Below, in pieces: positions 26,816-37,930 of a stretch of 64,000 nt of DNA. The notes under the pieces were generated by a model. The model was not told the origin of the DNA and ran no database searches. It saw nothing but the letters and a program-made list of their open reading frames with translations. The stretch lies in the NCBI GenBank assembly GCA_964252035.1, contig OZ176204.1, one strand, 5' to 3'. Source of the DNA: Podarcis erhardii (taxonomy: Eukaryota). The translations under genes and the position numbers were made by a program. Every line of letters begins with the position of its first letter. The first letter of the stretch is position 1.

Positions 26816-28065
26816 CTGAAGAGAGGGAAGAACGGAAGCACAATTTGAATTTTTCATTAGCAACATGCCATTGTCTAAGGGATGGAGAATAAATGTGTGG
26901 TGTAGCATTACTGAGCTGATGGGGACAAGGGCTTGCATTTACCGTATGTGGAGCAGGAAGGAGTTGGATGCTTCCAGCAGTACTGGATATGAATGGGTTT
27001 TAGAAAAGGAGGTTGCATTAGGAACTATATGATTGCTTTGCAAGTGGTGGAAGGAGTGAGGAAACACTACTAAATAGCAGTATATTGTGTGGGGATCCTC
27101 ACCCCACAAGGTTATAAGTGATGGCAATTACTTGGAGATTCAATGTTATCTGCAACCAGATCACATAATGCATTTTTGTCTACAATGAACCACTCTGACT
27201 GTCCCTGAACTGGTACCCATGTAGCCTATTCTCATGATTGCAGTAACAAACATGAATACGTGATTTCTGCTGTACTCTTTCGTCTCTATAATTTGATTCA
27301 GTTCAATTAGATAGATCATTCCAAAGATGCATAGATTAAAATAAGTAGGCTAGTTACCCTTTACACAAATGAAGGCGTTGAAACCCATTGTGAAGCAAGC
27401 AACGCCAGAAAGCTGGCTGGAGACTAAACAGGAGATATTGTTGAAGCTCTAGGTCTGGAAATGGTAACATTTATTCATTCTCTGAATTGCTCATGAAACC
27501 ACCTTTCATCAATTAAAATGAAGTGGTTTACAATAGGTCAGATATAATAAAAACATTCAAATATACAACCAACAGCACACTGAATAAATAAGGCATTAAA
27601 ACAATAATCAGGAATTTAAAATATAAATCATTACAATATCATACAGCAGCAATCATCATCACTGAATTTCCATCAAATTTCCGGGAAACAGATGAGCCTT
27701 TACACTACAGGATACCCGAAGCCCAGTAAGGTCATCCATACTTCCAGGGAAACAAATTCCACAATTGGAGGTTACTACAAAGAAAAACTGCATGCATTCT
27801 GTATGTGTGCAAGGGAATGCAATACTGAAATAAAATCAAAGTAAAATAAAATAAAATCCAGCAGCAAAGTTTTGAAGACAGGGTTCCTCTGGATATAGCT
27901 GCAATAACAGCAACACTCAAAAGCAAAAATAAAATTTAACAGCAAAGATATCCAGTGGAAGCTACAAGTAAGTTGCTGGTATTTAAGTAGATTGGGGCTG
28001 TTTCTTCAGATAATTACATATCTGTATCCACCCTTATCCTTGGTACCTTATCTTAGATGTGATGC

Positions 28066-28146
28066 TTCCATATTGCAGGGAGTTGCGAGGATTGGACTAG
28101 ATGACCCTTTGGATCTCTTCCAATTCTACAATTCTTTGATTCTGTT
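28066..28146 (+). mobile_element. CR1 LINE 3' end fragment
   Basis: ggactagatgaccctttggatctcttccaattctacaattctttgattctgt, a CR1-type tail. Confidence 0.7.
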
Positions 28147-29373
28147 ATCCTTATCCTTGCAACCCTTATCCTTACAAAAGTTCTAAAGACTGATATTAAA
28201 AGCAGTTTATTTAAGGACGTGAGTGCCAAGTGGATAGGTCTCTTTCTAAGGCGGTTGGATGGCATCTTGCATGCCTGCTTCTGTCAACTGCTGCAGCCAA
28301 GGTGGTGCCAAATGTATTGCTTTGATATCCTTTGGACCACGTCAGTGAAGTGGAGAGTGGGGTCTTGTCTTCTGGCCATCCCAGGACCTCCACAGACACT
28401 GTCCAGGCTTGCTATAGTAAAGACCACACTTGCCTCCGCACCACTTGTCAGACTATCACATCCTCAAAGTTGCAACAAAATGCAGCAAAACAAGCTAACT
28501 GTACTGAATGTGTAATAAGGAAGCAATAATAGTAGCCTCATTAATCACTTTTTTAAAAAAAAAAAACAACTGTTGGATTATTCATCATAGCAATTTTATT
28601 GCAGAACTGCAGGAGCTCGTGGGAAGGAGATAAATGGTGCTTCATCATTATTGGTTTTGTACCATTTTATCTGTACTTTACACTAACTGTATGAGATAGC
28701 CAGTTAAATGTTCAAACAATGCAGCACACAAGGCACTCCAGCTATTAATCCTGCAAAGCAACACAGGACAGGGCCCTGGAGGACAGGAAGGGAAAACAGC
28801 TCACAAAGCAAAAGCATAAGCCAGAGGATTCTGCTGTGCCACAGAGACCCCTGGGGTATATTCTCAACTTGTATTCTGGGTCTTCAGAGAAAGTAGTTGA
28901 GGGATGATTTAAATACATCTGAAAATACGTTGACTGTGTTTGCATGTAATGCTAAACTGTGGTTTAGCAATAGCTGCACAAGCAGAGAGGAAACTATACA
29001 AAGTACAACACTCATGTGCTCCCCAAGAGGAATAAACCAGGGTACAATTTCACTTTTGCCACTTCCCGGCTTGTCCTCTCTTGCAGATTAGGTGTGTTAA
29101 TTTCAAATTAACAAACAAGTTTATGGTTCCTGGTTTGCACACAAGCCAGGAACCACCAAATGCAAAACTGAATCCTGGTTTATTCACCCTCCTGACCATG
29201 TGGGGAGATGATAGGAGGGCAGGGGAATACTTTACTCAGGCTCACAGAAGCTCATGTGCATAATGCTAAGCCATAGTTTCGCGCTCCATACAAACCCTCC
29301 CATTGCGAGGTCCTGGTATGCCATATGAATTTTGGTTGTCACAAAGAAGTGAATGGGAAAGGCATCAACTCAC

Positions 29374-29615
29374 CTTGAGCCTGACTTGCTCATAGATAAC
29401 AACTGCCCTGTTGCTGAAGGTGATGGCATTACAGAAGCTAGCCTGACGCTTGACTGCTTTCTGTGTGGTGTCCATGATGATCTGTGACCCCTTGGTATGG
29501 GGGTGGAACAGCAGTGGGCTGACTGAGAGAGTTCCACACTGTGGGATGGGCAGACAATGCTTTTGCTTGTGGTGGCATCGGTGAGATGACGCAGGAAATG
29601 GTCCACCTATGGAGT
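29374..29615 (-). CDS. NEURL1: NEURL1 exon 2 (start of NHR1 domain)
   Basis: Long pyrimidine tract + ctcag| acceptor and |gtgag donor, 242 nt. Translates (D)[20 protein letters not shown]...[48 protein letters not shown], recognisable as NEURL1. This frame is not in the ORF track. Confidence 0.97.
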
Positions 29616-30149
29616 CTGAGATAGAAAGGAAAAAGAGAGAAACTGAGCTTTAAAAAGGAAAAAGGAAAAAATCTGATGAAATTCCTAAAATGAAATCTAC
29701 TGTTGCTTAGCCATGAGACTAATATACAAGAAACCTGTGGGATAGCATCAAAACCTCCTTCAAACACTTTACATAGATCATTTAAATGTACAGTCCTGCA
29801 AACCCATTTAGAACTTTGGGACATATGCAGGAAGAAATTGTACAAGCAATCCTGAAGAGACTGGGTTAGTTTGGCCAAAGAGGGGGAAATAATGAAGGGT
29901 AGAACAAAGCTCATACTCCAAAACTGAATAGCAATTTGCCTTCTATGACTTTGGGAGGTCACAGATGAAGGCTACAAATAAAATTCCCACTGCACACAGC
30001 TTCCCTATGCATTCATGTAGGGCTTTAACCTTCAAATGTGCATATGGAAGGTAGCAACTGAATCACTTTTGTTTAATGAACAATAGTAGGCAATTGGCTG
30101 TTGCCTTGAATTACCAGCTGATATATATTGGTTTAAAACGCTGTGGACA

Positions 30150-30290
30150 ATTTGTAAGAGAACAATGGTTAAATGTTTTGAGGGAAGCTATGGGCTCTCC
30201 TTCACTGAAGATTTTGAAAAGACCAAATAAGCAAATATATCAAGGAGATTTAATAGGAAACCTACTTCAGTGCAGATCAGTTAAATAGCT
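30150..30290 (+). mobile_element. Degraded CR1 3' fragment
   Basis: gtaagagaacaatggttaaatgttttgagggaagctatgggctctccttcactgaagattttgaaaag resembles the CR1 3' region. Confidence 0.5.
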
Positions 30291-30405
30291 TTCTTGGTTA
30301 TCTGATTATTCATTTTAATCACTTACATGGATGCCTTAGCTTTGGTGTATAATCCTGTACCTGGTGCTCTGTTGTGTTGCTCATAGTGTAACCTCCCCAT
30401 GGGGA

Positions 30406-30490
30406 AAGGTCATAAGCCAGTGGCAGAATATATGCTTTGCATGCAAAGGGGGCTAGACACAATTCTTGACATCTCCAGGCAGTTACCTAG
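30406..30490 (+). mobile_element. Degraded tRNA-headed SINE 5' fragment (Squam3-like)
   Basis: cataagccagtggcagaatatatgctttgcatgcaaagg...caattcttgacatctccagg. Confidence 0.5.
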
Positions 30491-31401
30491 ATCAGGGTTC
30501 GGTATAACATGCTACACAAAGTAGCTGCAATGCAAAACAATCATTTTATGACAGAAAGTAGTTAACCACATGGATGCAAAACAGAGAGTGGGTGTATGGA
30601 GATAGTTTCCAGTAAAGCATACAGAAATAAAAAAAGAGCAGTAGTTTGTTAATGAATGGATGAATTCAACAATTCAGCAACCTTCCAAACACAAGCTTTA
30701 TGATTCTTCTGAAAGGCTGCAAATTGATTTTGTCCTTTGTATACCTATCTCTCATTACACAGGTCAGCTGTTCAGAAATAGGTATTGACCCGAAACCATT
30801 TTTTTTAAAAGAACAGATCCCTAAAGGCACTGGCAAAGTCTCCATCACTGCACATATTTATAATCAGGAAATAACAGGAGTGTGGTAACTAGACAGAGTT
30901 CAATCTTTTCTTGCCTAAAGCATAGGGTCAGGTTGGATGAGTCAAGTACACAATGTGCCGCTTTCTGAACGCTTGCTATGTGCAAATTCATTTATCTGAA
31001 CACAAGGAATTAGTACGCAAACCTCACTATACAGCACAGATTTAGATATCTGAATAGTGAGCATTCTTTACTTCCTTGTTTGCCTTTTGCTGGGTGGCTG
31101 AGAAACTGTGGTGATCTGTACTATAAGCAAGGTTTCAGAGGGTTTTCAGGTTTTTTGAGGTCAAAAATTCTGTGGTCAGGAACACATTAGAAATTTCCCC
31201 ATAGGAATCAATGGAAATTATTGGCTCATTATGTGAATGCTCACCTAATGAATGATTTCAAGGGAACTTATTGCGTTCTGATAGCGGGACCTGCATGTAG
31301 TTTTTCTTCAGGCTGTACTGTCAAGAAAGGCATGCTACATTTCTATCCTAAACTATATTAACCCCATTACGATTTTTTTTAAAAGTATGTGAACATTAGT
31401 A

Positions 31402-31627
31402 CAGTGGTACCTCGGGTTACATACGCTTCAGGTTATAGACTCTGCCAACCCAGAAATAGTGCTTCAGGTTAAGAACTTTGCTTCAGGATGAGAACAGAAA
31501 TTGTGCTCCGGCGGCACGGCAGCAGCAGGAAGCCCCATTAGCTAAAGTGGTACCTCAGGTTAAGAACAGTGTCATGTTAAGTAAGGACCTCCGGAACGAA
31601 TTAAGTACTTAACCCGAGATACCACTG
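31402..31627. mobile_element. Tc1/mariner-type MITE, family A copy 2
   Basis: TA-flanked CAGTGGTACCTCGGGTTA TIR; same interior as 20336-20555. Confidence 0.92.
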
Positions 31628-32009
31628 TATGTTATGAGACAGAGTTGATTCAGGGGCTATGGGGAGAATATTATAAAGTGTCTCCAGGCACCTAGACTAC
31701 CTTCAGAATGAATGTGTTTATGTGGAAAATCACTTGTTTGAAAATGCTCTATCAAAGGCTAGCTGCAGACTAGCCATGTTTGTATTTGCTAACTTTCCAT
31801 GTGCACAGAGGTAGTACCACCCCACACTCAAACTTCAGAAAGACCACCACTCAAGTTGCCACAATATTTCTCAAGACATTTATTATGGGGCAAATTCAGC
31901 TGTTGCCCTGCATCCATATTCATGTCTGGAGCATGGAGAAGTGCTGTAATGATGTCACAACTTCTTGATTTTCATGGGGAAGAAAAGTTAACCAACTATT
32001 CAGTTGCAG

Positions 32010-32343
32010 AAAGCCTCAGCGCCTAGGACTTGCCGGTCGAAAGGTCGGCGGTTCGAATCCCCGCGGCGGGGTGCGCTCCCGTTGCTCGGTCCCAGCAGCT
32101 GCCAACCTAGCAGTTCGAAAGCACCCCCGGGTGCAAGTAGATAAATAGGGACCGCTTACTAGCGGGAGGGTAAACGGCATTCCGTGTGCTGCGCTGGATC
32201 GCCAGATGCAGCTTGTCACGCTGGCCACGTGACCCGGAAGTGTCTGCGGACAGCGCTGGCTCCCGGACTCTAGAGTGAGATGAGCGCACAACCCTAGAGT
32301 CTGTCAAGACTGGCCCGTACGGGCAGGGGTACCTTTACCTTTA
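32010..32343 (+). mobile_element. Sauria SINE, young, 5'-truncated
   Basis: B box ggttcgaatccc, Sauria core gcagttcgaaagca...gtgcaagtagataaataggg, (ACCTTT)n tail; CpGs largely intact. Confidence 0.92.
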
Positions 32344-32467
32344 TGAGGGGGAGACTTTCCTAAATAAAAAGCAACAGTTTGCTACCGAGTTGTATCCAGG
32401 AATGGTTTTGCCTTAGTGGAAGACCATTCTCCTTGTGCGGCACATTAGGCTTCTATCCCCTGCTTAC

Positions 32468-32522
32468 CTAACATAGGAAACTCCTGTATATTGAGTCACA
32501 CCGCTGGTTCATTTTAGCTCTG
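32468..32522 (-). mobile_element. Squam3/L2-type SINE 3' end fragment
   Basis: aacataggaaactcctgtatattgagtcacaccgctggttcattttagctc resembles the reverse complement of this SINE's 3' end. Confidence 0.45.
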
Positions 32523-33185
32523 GGGAGCTAAGCTGTTCTACAAGATCAGTAGAAGAAGAGTACATATTTATAGTGATAAGCTAGCTCTGTCGGGCACAGG
32601 CAAAAATGACTCTACAGAGTGTTCCATGTATGTTCAATAAGGATGCATCAGTTGACTTTTTGAAGGGGGGGTGGTGGTCAGAAAGACAGTTGCTCAGCAA
32701 AGTGATTAGCACGAGTCCAAAACAAACATAAACTGGCACTTTGATCTGCAGAGTACTGATAATCTAAAACAAAAACAAGAACCCTTCTGCTAAAAAATAG
32801 TTTTAGAAATGGAATCCAATCCACATTGAAAGATTCTATGCTCTAGAATTAAAAAATAATAATCCCTCAAGGGGTAACTTGAAATGAATCTTACTGCAGT
32901 GTTAGAAACTGCATCTGTTAGATGGGAACTAGAAGATATTTATATAGCAAAAAACTGCATGTAAGTATCAAAATGGAGGCAGTGATGGCAGTATTTGCAG
33001 CTATTGGGGGCAAAGTGAGGTAGTGTTAGAAGGGGAAGCAGGTACTTAATGTAGAAAGCAATCCTTACAACTTCACCGCCTACACAAACATTTAACTCCA
33101 ACTCCTAATCACAACCCTGGTAGATGGTGAGATCCAACATAATCTACTCATACCATCTTCTCACCACTGTGGTTGTGTATGAGCC

Positions 33186-33613
33186 TGTGAAGGTTTGTGT
33201 ATGCTCTTCGCAATAAGCACACTCAAGAGAGATATTTACAGTTCTTTATTTTACATATGTACAAGCAGTACAGTACAATCATGCATCCGAATCGTCCAAT
33301 TCAAATTCAGGGAGCGGTCTTCTCCTGCTTCTCCTCCAACAGAAAAGGCAGGGGAGCTTCATGGGACATCTCTGATCCCTACGCTTTAACCCTCTCCTTT
33401 CCTGTGCCAAAGGCACAGGCTCTCCGTCTGTTCCTGAACTCCCTGTGTGGTACTGGGGCTCTACTTCAGCATCGGAGAAACTTCCCACCTCCTGGCTCTC
33501 TTCCTCTTCCCCTTCCGTCACTTCCTCTCTGTCTCCTGACTGTTCCCGCTCTGACTCTTTTCCTCCCCCCCCCCCACCCCAACTCAAAAGCATTCCTTGG
33601 CAGTCCCATGACA
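33186..33613 (-). mobile_element. Solo LTR, 428 bp
   Basis: TG...CA termini; perfect TSD gagcc (33181-33185 and 33614-33618); minus-strand start TGTCATGGGACTGCC matches TGTCAGGGGACTGCC of the 14813 LTR; minus-strand AATAAA at 33250-33245. Confidence 0.88.
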
Positions 33614-33844
33614 GAGCCCCTAGAGGATTAAGAGACACTCTGGAGCATATCTGGGCTGTGTGCAGGATGCTAGAGAGGGGTAAGGGAAACCTAAAGTCCT
33701 GTTGCGTAAGTGGGAGGACATTGGGTGTCACCCTTTGGGGTTTTTTAACTAGAACCCCAAGAACTGCCAACCAAAGCTAAGTGCAGGAGACATAGAATTA
33801 AACAAGGTATCTCTGAGTAAATTATCTCCGAGTACATTCTGAGC

Positions 33845-34065
33845 AGAGAAGACTCCCTGGAAAAGACCCTGATGTTGGGAAAGATTGAGGGCACAAGGAG
33901 AAGGGGACGACAGAGGACGAGATGGTTGGACAGTGTTCTTGAAGCTACCAACATGAGTCTGACCACACTGCGGGAGGCAGTGGAAGACAGGAGTGCCTGG
34001 CATGCTCTGGTCCATGGGGTCACGAGGAGTCGGACACGACTAAACGACTAGACAACAACAACAAC
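33845..34065 (+). mobile_element. BovB (RTE clade) LINE, 5'-truncated 3' end
   Basis: Translates REDSLEKTLMLGKIEGTRRRGRQRTRWLDSVLEATNMSLTTLREAVEDRSAWHALVHGVTRSRTRLND*; (CAA)n tail; TSD ttctgagc (33837-33844 and 34067-34074). Confidence 0.92.
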
Positions 34066-34852
34066 GTTCTGAGCTTAGGGTTATTTGAGTTATGCGCCTT
34101 ATTCCCCAATCACTTTTAAAAAAGTAAACACTGACAGGCACAGAACAGGGTATAAAAGCCAATCTCTCATAAAGCAAGACCCATCAAAAAACAACAAACG
34201 GTCAGGTGAAATAACAGCATGAAGAAGAGTGCCAATGCTGTACTGCATTATACTTCTTCCTAAGGGCACTCTCTGTCAGTATCCCTTTCCTGACCTCTGG
34301 GGTGAAAATCAACACATTTTTATGCCCTGCAAACAACTGCTTTTGTATTTGTGTCACATTTAATCACCAATGACACATCATCCTTTTAAACTATTGCCGT
34401 CCATCCACAAATTATGTCACAATTTGAAATAACTGAAAGATTTCAGCAAATGCTTGTAAGAATGCTAGGCTAAAATAGAGCCTCACTGATCCACCAGAAC
34501 TGTTCTTATGATCTCATATAATATCAACAGTACTCAATTTAAAGATTGTAATCAGACCCTATATTAGCCTTCCCTGTTCCACCATTCAGGATGCAATCCT
34601 ATGTGCACAATTCCCTGGCAGTAAGCACAGTCATGCCTACTTCTGAGTAAACATAACAAAGGACTGCAGTGTGTGTGTGTGTGTTTTTTAAAATACTTTT
34701 CATTCATAAATTTGATCTACGACTTTGTTATATCGCGCTCTATTCCTGTGTTTTCCCAATTTAGGAGTGCGGGGAGAGAAGGAATATATGAAAGAGAGGA
34801 TGAGGAATTGCCATTATGGTACTCTAACAATCACCTTTTCACATATCAAAAT

Positions 34853-35390
34853 GTAAGAACGTAAGAAGGCAGGGCCCTGCTGGATCAGACCAAAAGCCTA
34901 TCTAGGCAATGTTGGTTCTCCATTGGCCAGACAGATGCCTATAGCCCACAAGCAGGACAAGAGCACACTAGATACTAATATTATGAGAACAGGAGAAAGC
35001 ATTTGTCTCCCCACTTACTCCACAACATGCACAATTTAATACATCTGTATCATGCTTCCCTTTTTACTTGCCTTTTTTATGAACTAGAAGGCCCCAAACA
35101 TTGTACAAGAATCTTATTGAGTCGTTCCAGCTCTCTGATCATTTTGCTTGCCCTTTTCTGCTCCTTTTTCATTTCTACAATATCCTTTTTGAGATGCAGT
35201 GACTGTACATAATACTCAAGTGCAGCTGCACCATAGATTTATACAAAGTTATTAGGATATTGGCAGTTTTAAATTTGATTGCTTTCCTAATAATCCCCAA
35301 CATAGAATTCACATTTTTCACAGCAAGCTGCACATTGGGCCAACATTTTCACTGACTGAGCTGCTGCTTCAGTGAGCTATAGTTAAAGTT
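34853..35390 (-). mobile_element. CR1 LINE 3' fragment
   Basis: taagaacgtaagaagg...ctgctggatcagacc tail (reverse orientation) followed by degraded RT C-terminal sequence. Confidence 0.65.
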
Positions 35391-36089
35391 TATCATACGA
35401 ATGCTGGCAAAGATTCAAGGCAATCCTATGCATGCCTACTTGGAGGTAAGTTTCATTCTGTTAAATGGGACTTACACCCTAATAAGTGCATTTAGGGTTT
35501 CAACTGCAGTTGCTTACTGCATTAAGGAAAACAGTTTCCATTTGGTCAGATTCCTGTTTAGCAGGCGAGAAACCATTAAGAATGGACTCTCACACTGGGA
35601 ACCCCATATAAAGAATTTTCTACACTGGGGTGGGGAGCCTGTGATCCTCCAGATGTTGCTGAACTATGTCTCCCATTAGCCTGACCATTAGCCACACTGA
35701 CTGCTGCTGGTGGAAGTTGGAGTTCATCAACACCTAGATGCCCATCTCTGTTCTACACAATTTGGCACCAGACAGTAAGCTCCAAACTAGGATATGTCAG
35801 CTGAGGATAACGCTTCAAAAGCATCTGAGGAAGAGGACACTAGTTCACAAAAGCTAATGCCACAATAGATTAATAAATGTTTGGACCTTTAAAGTGGCAG
35901 AAGCAGCAGACTGAGATGGCCTGCTCAGGTGGCACCATGAGGACAGCATAGATGAAGGCAGGAGCTCATGTATGAGTGGTGCAGCAATACTTTTTAAAGT
36001 GCTGGCCCTAGGGAGGAGATGCCTTCTGTGCCCTACTTTGGACTGCAATATTTCTTGGCCTTGCACCTCTTCCCCTCTGCATTCACATA

Positions 36090-36313
36090 CAGTGGTACCT
36101 CAGGTTACAGATGCTTCAGGTTACACTCCACTAACCCAGAAATAGTACCTCAGGTTAAGAACTTTGCTTCAGGATGAGAACAGAAATTGCACAGCAGCAG
36201 TGTGGCGGCAGCGGTAAGCCCCATTAGCTAAAGTGGTACCTCAGGTTAAGAAAAGTTTCAGGTTAAGAACAGACCTCCGGAACAAATTAAGCTCTTAACC
36301 CGAGGTACCACTG
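36090..36313. mobile_element. Tc1/mariner-type MITE, family A copy 3
   Basis: TA TSD, CAGTGGTACCTC TIRs, family A interior. Confidence 0.92.
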
Positions 36314-37534
36314 TACCTCTTAAGATATCATAACCAAATTTTGCTTGATGGTCCCTGAGATCAAGGAACAGGCCTTCATCTATGTTTAGTTACAACTGGA
36401 TGCTATTTTCATTCAAGATGGAGGGTATGTTTGAAAGGAGAATATCAATACTTGTCTACACTTCCTGTCTTACAGAGTAATGTAATTTAATACAGACATA
36501 CTAAACATGCAGCTTTCACCAGAATTGCATGCTGACTGAGTGTAAATAGCAATTCACACTTCAAACACCAGTTGTGTAAAAGGAGATTCCAGCTGTGAAT
36601 ATTTTACGGCCATGTTTTATTTCCATGGTCTACAAATCAACGTAAAAGTTGTTTGCTCTCCTTCAGTGGGCCTCAGATAGAGTACACTTCTTTAAAAAAA
36701 ACACCATTCCTGCTGCTAAATATAAACCAGCAGTTAATCTTTTGGAAGAAAGAAAGAAGAAATGCTAGTCATAGTATTTGGGTATCTAGTTCTGGAATAC
36801 TTGTAAACCTGCCAGCATTCTCTTCCAGTTTAAATACATTTTAATGGAAAGCCTATCCTGGGCACATTTTCCATGCACACTGCAGTAACTTGGAACCTAT
36901 CCTATTAAATTCCAGTAAGAGTATGAGACAGAATTAGGTGCAGAGATGTTAAAAGCCAAGTCTTTTGAATATGCAAAAAAGCTGGAAAAAACTGGGAACA
37001 GTCGGAACAGAAATAATAAATGAGTAATACAGAACCATCGTAAGAATTAAAACAATGGTTAAAATTCAGTGGGTGTGAATGACACAAGGCAATATCAATG
37101 GATTAAAGGGCAGGAACAGTTGTGAATCATTGTGGTGTTTCTTGTGTTATGGGCCACACAGAAAGCACTGGCTCATTAAAGTACAATTACATTGGTCCCT
37201 GACTTTTCCCACTTATGAGATCAGTATGTTGGCCTGTGAGCTCAACCTTCACTCAGGACAGATTCTTCTTTTCTCCCCCCCCCCCAGTCACTGGAAACGA
37301 ACTATGAGGAATTTTGCTACAGTCTCTTAAAAGGTTCAGCTTTTCACATAAGTAGAGAGGGTTGCGTGATGTTAAAGGATGAAAACTTTGCACCATGGCA
37401 AGTTAGCAGCCCATGGCCAATTCAACTTCCATAAGCAGGTCTATGGGTCCTCTGCACCCATGCAGAACCTGCACCCCAATAATATCAACTTTACCTAAAG
37501 AAAACAATGTTTTTGACCCAAACAAAACTCTGGA

Positions 37535-37930
37535 GTTTTCTGTCTGTTTGTTTTTATTAAAGGTTTTCCTCATTTGCAAAAGCACATGCGTTGTCTCTTT
37601 CTTCGGGCTGTGTTTTCTACAGATCAGTTACATTTTGTTGTGAGACACTGCTGCTATATGCAGCATAGTGTTGGGAAGAAAAGAGGTTGGGACAGAAAAG
37701 AGGGGGTGTGGTGGTAAAACTTATGTTCTTTTATTTAGTGTATGGGGGAGTGTTGTGTCGGCATCACTTGGGTAGGTTCTCTTTCTCTTTGCTTTTTATG
37801 TTTCCTCCGTAGTGAGAGAGGTTGAGGTGACTAAGGGGTTGGTTGATTGCCTCTGGTTGGCTGCAGTGGGCTTTGTGCATGAGGGTGTGTGTGTTGTTGG
37901 TTTAAGTTAGCCATACTGAATCGTATGGTT
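37535..37930 (-). mobile_element. Probable L1-like LINE 3' end
   Basis: Minus strand ends in ...cctttAATAAAaacaaacagacagaaaa with strong compositional skew; the family call is from appearance only. Confidence 0.35.

Noticed and set aside
26816-26938. In-frame 41-codon 5' extension of exon 3 starting with ATG
   Set aside because: A good acceptor lies at 26816 and exon 2 joins in frame. The ATG has a weak Kozak context, and an open stretch this short is expected by chance.
32248-32256. RE1/NRSE (REST) site
   Set aside because: Only the right half is present (no TTCAGCACC), and it is part of the SINE.
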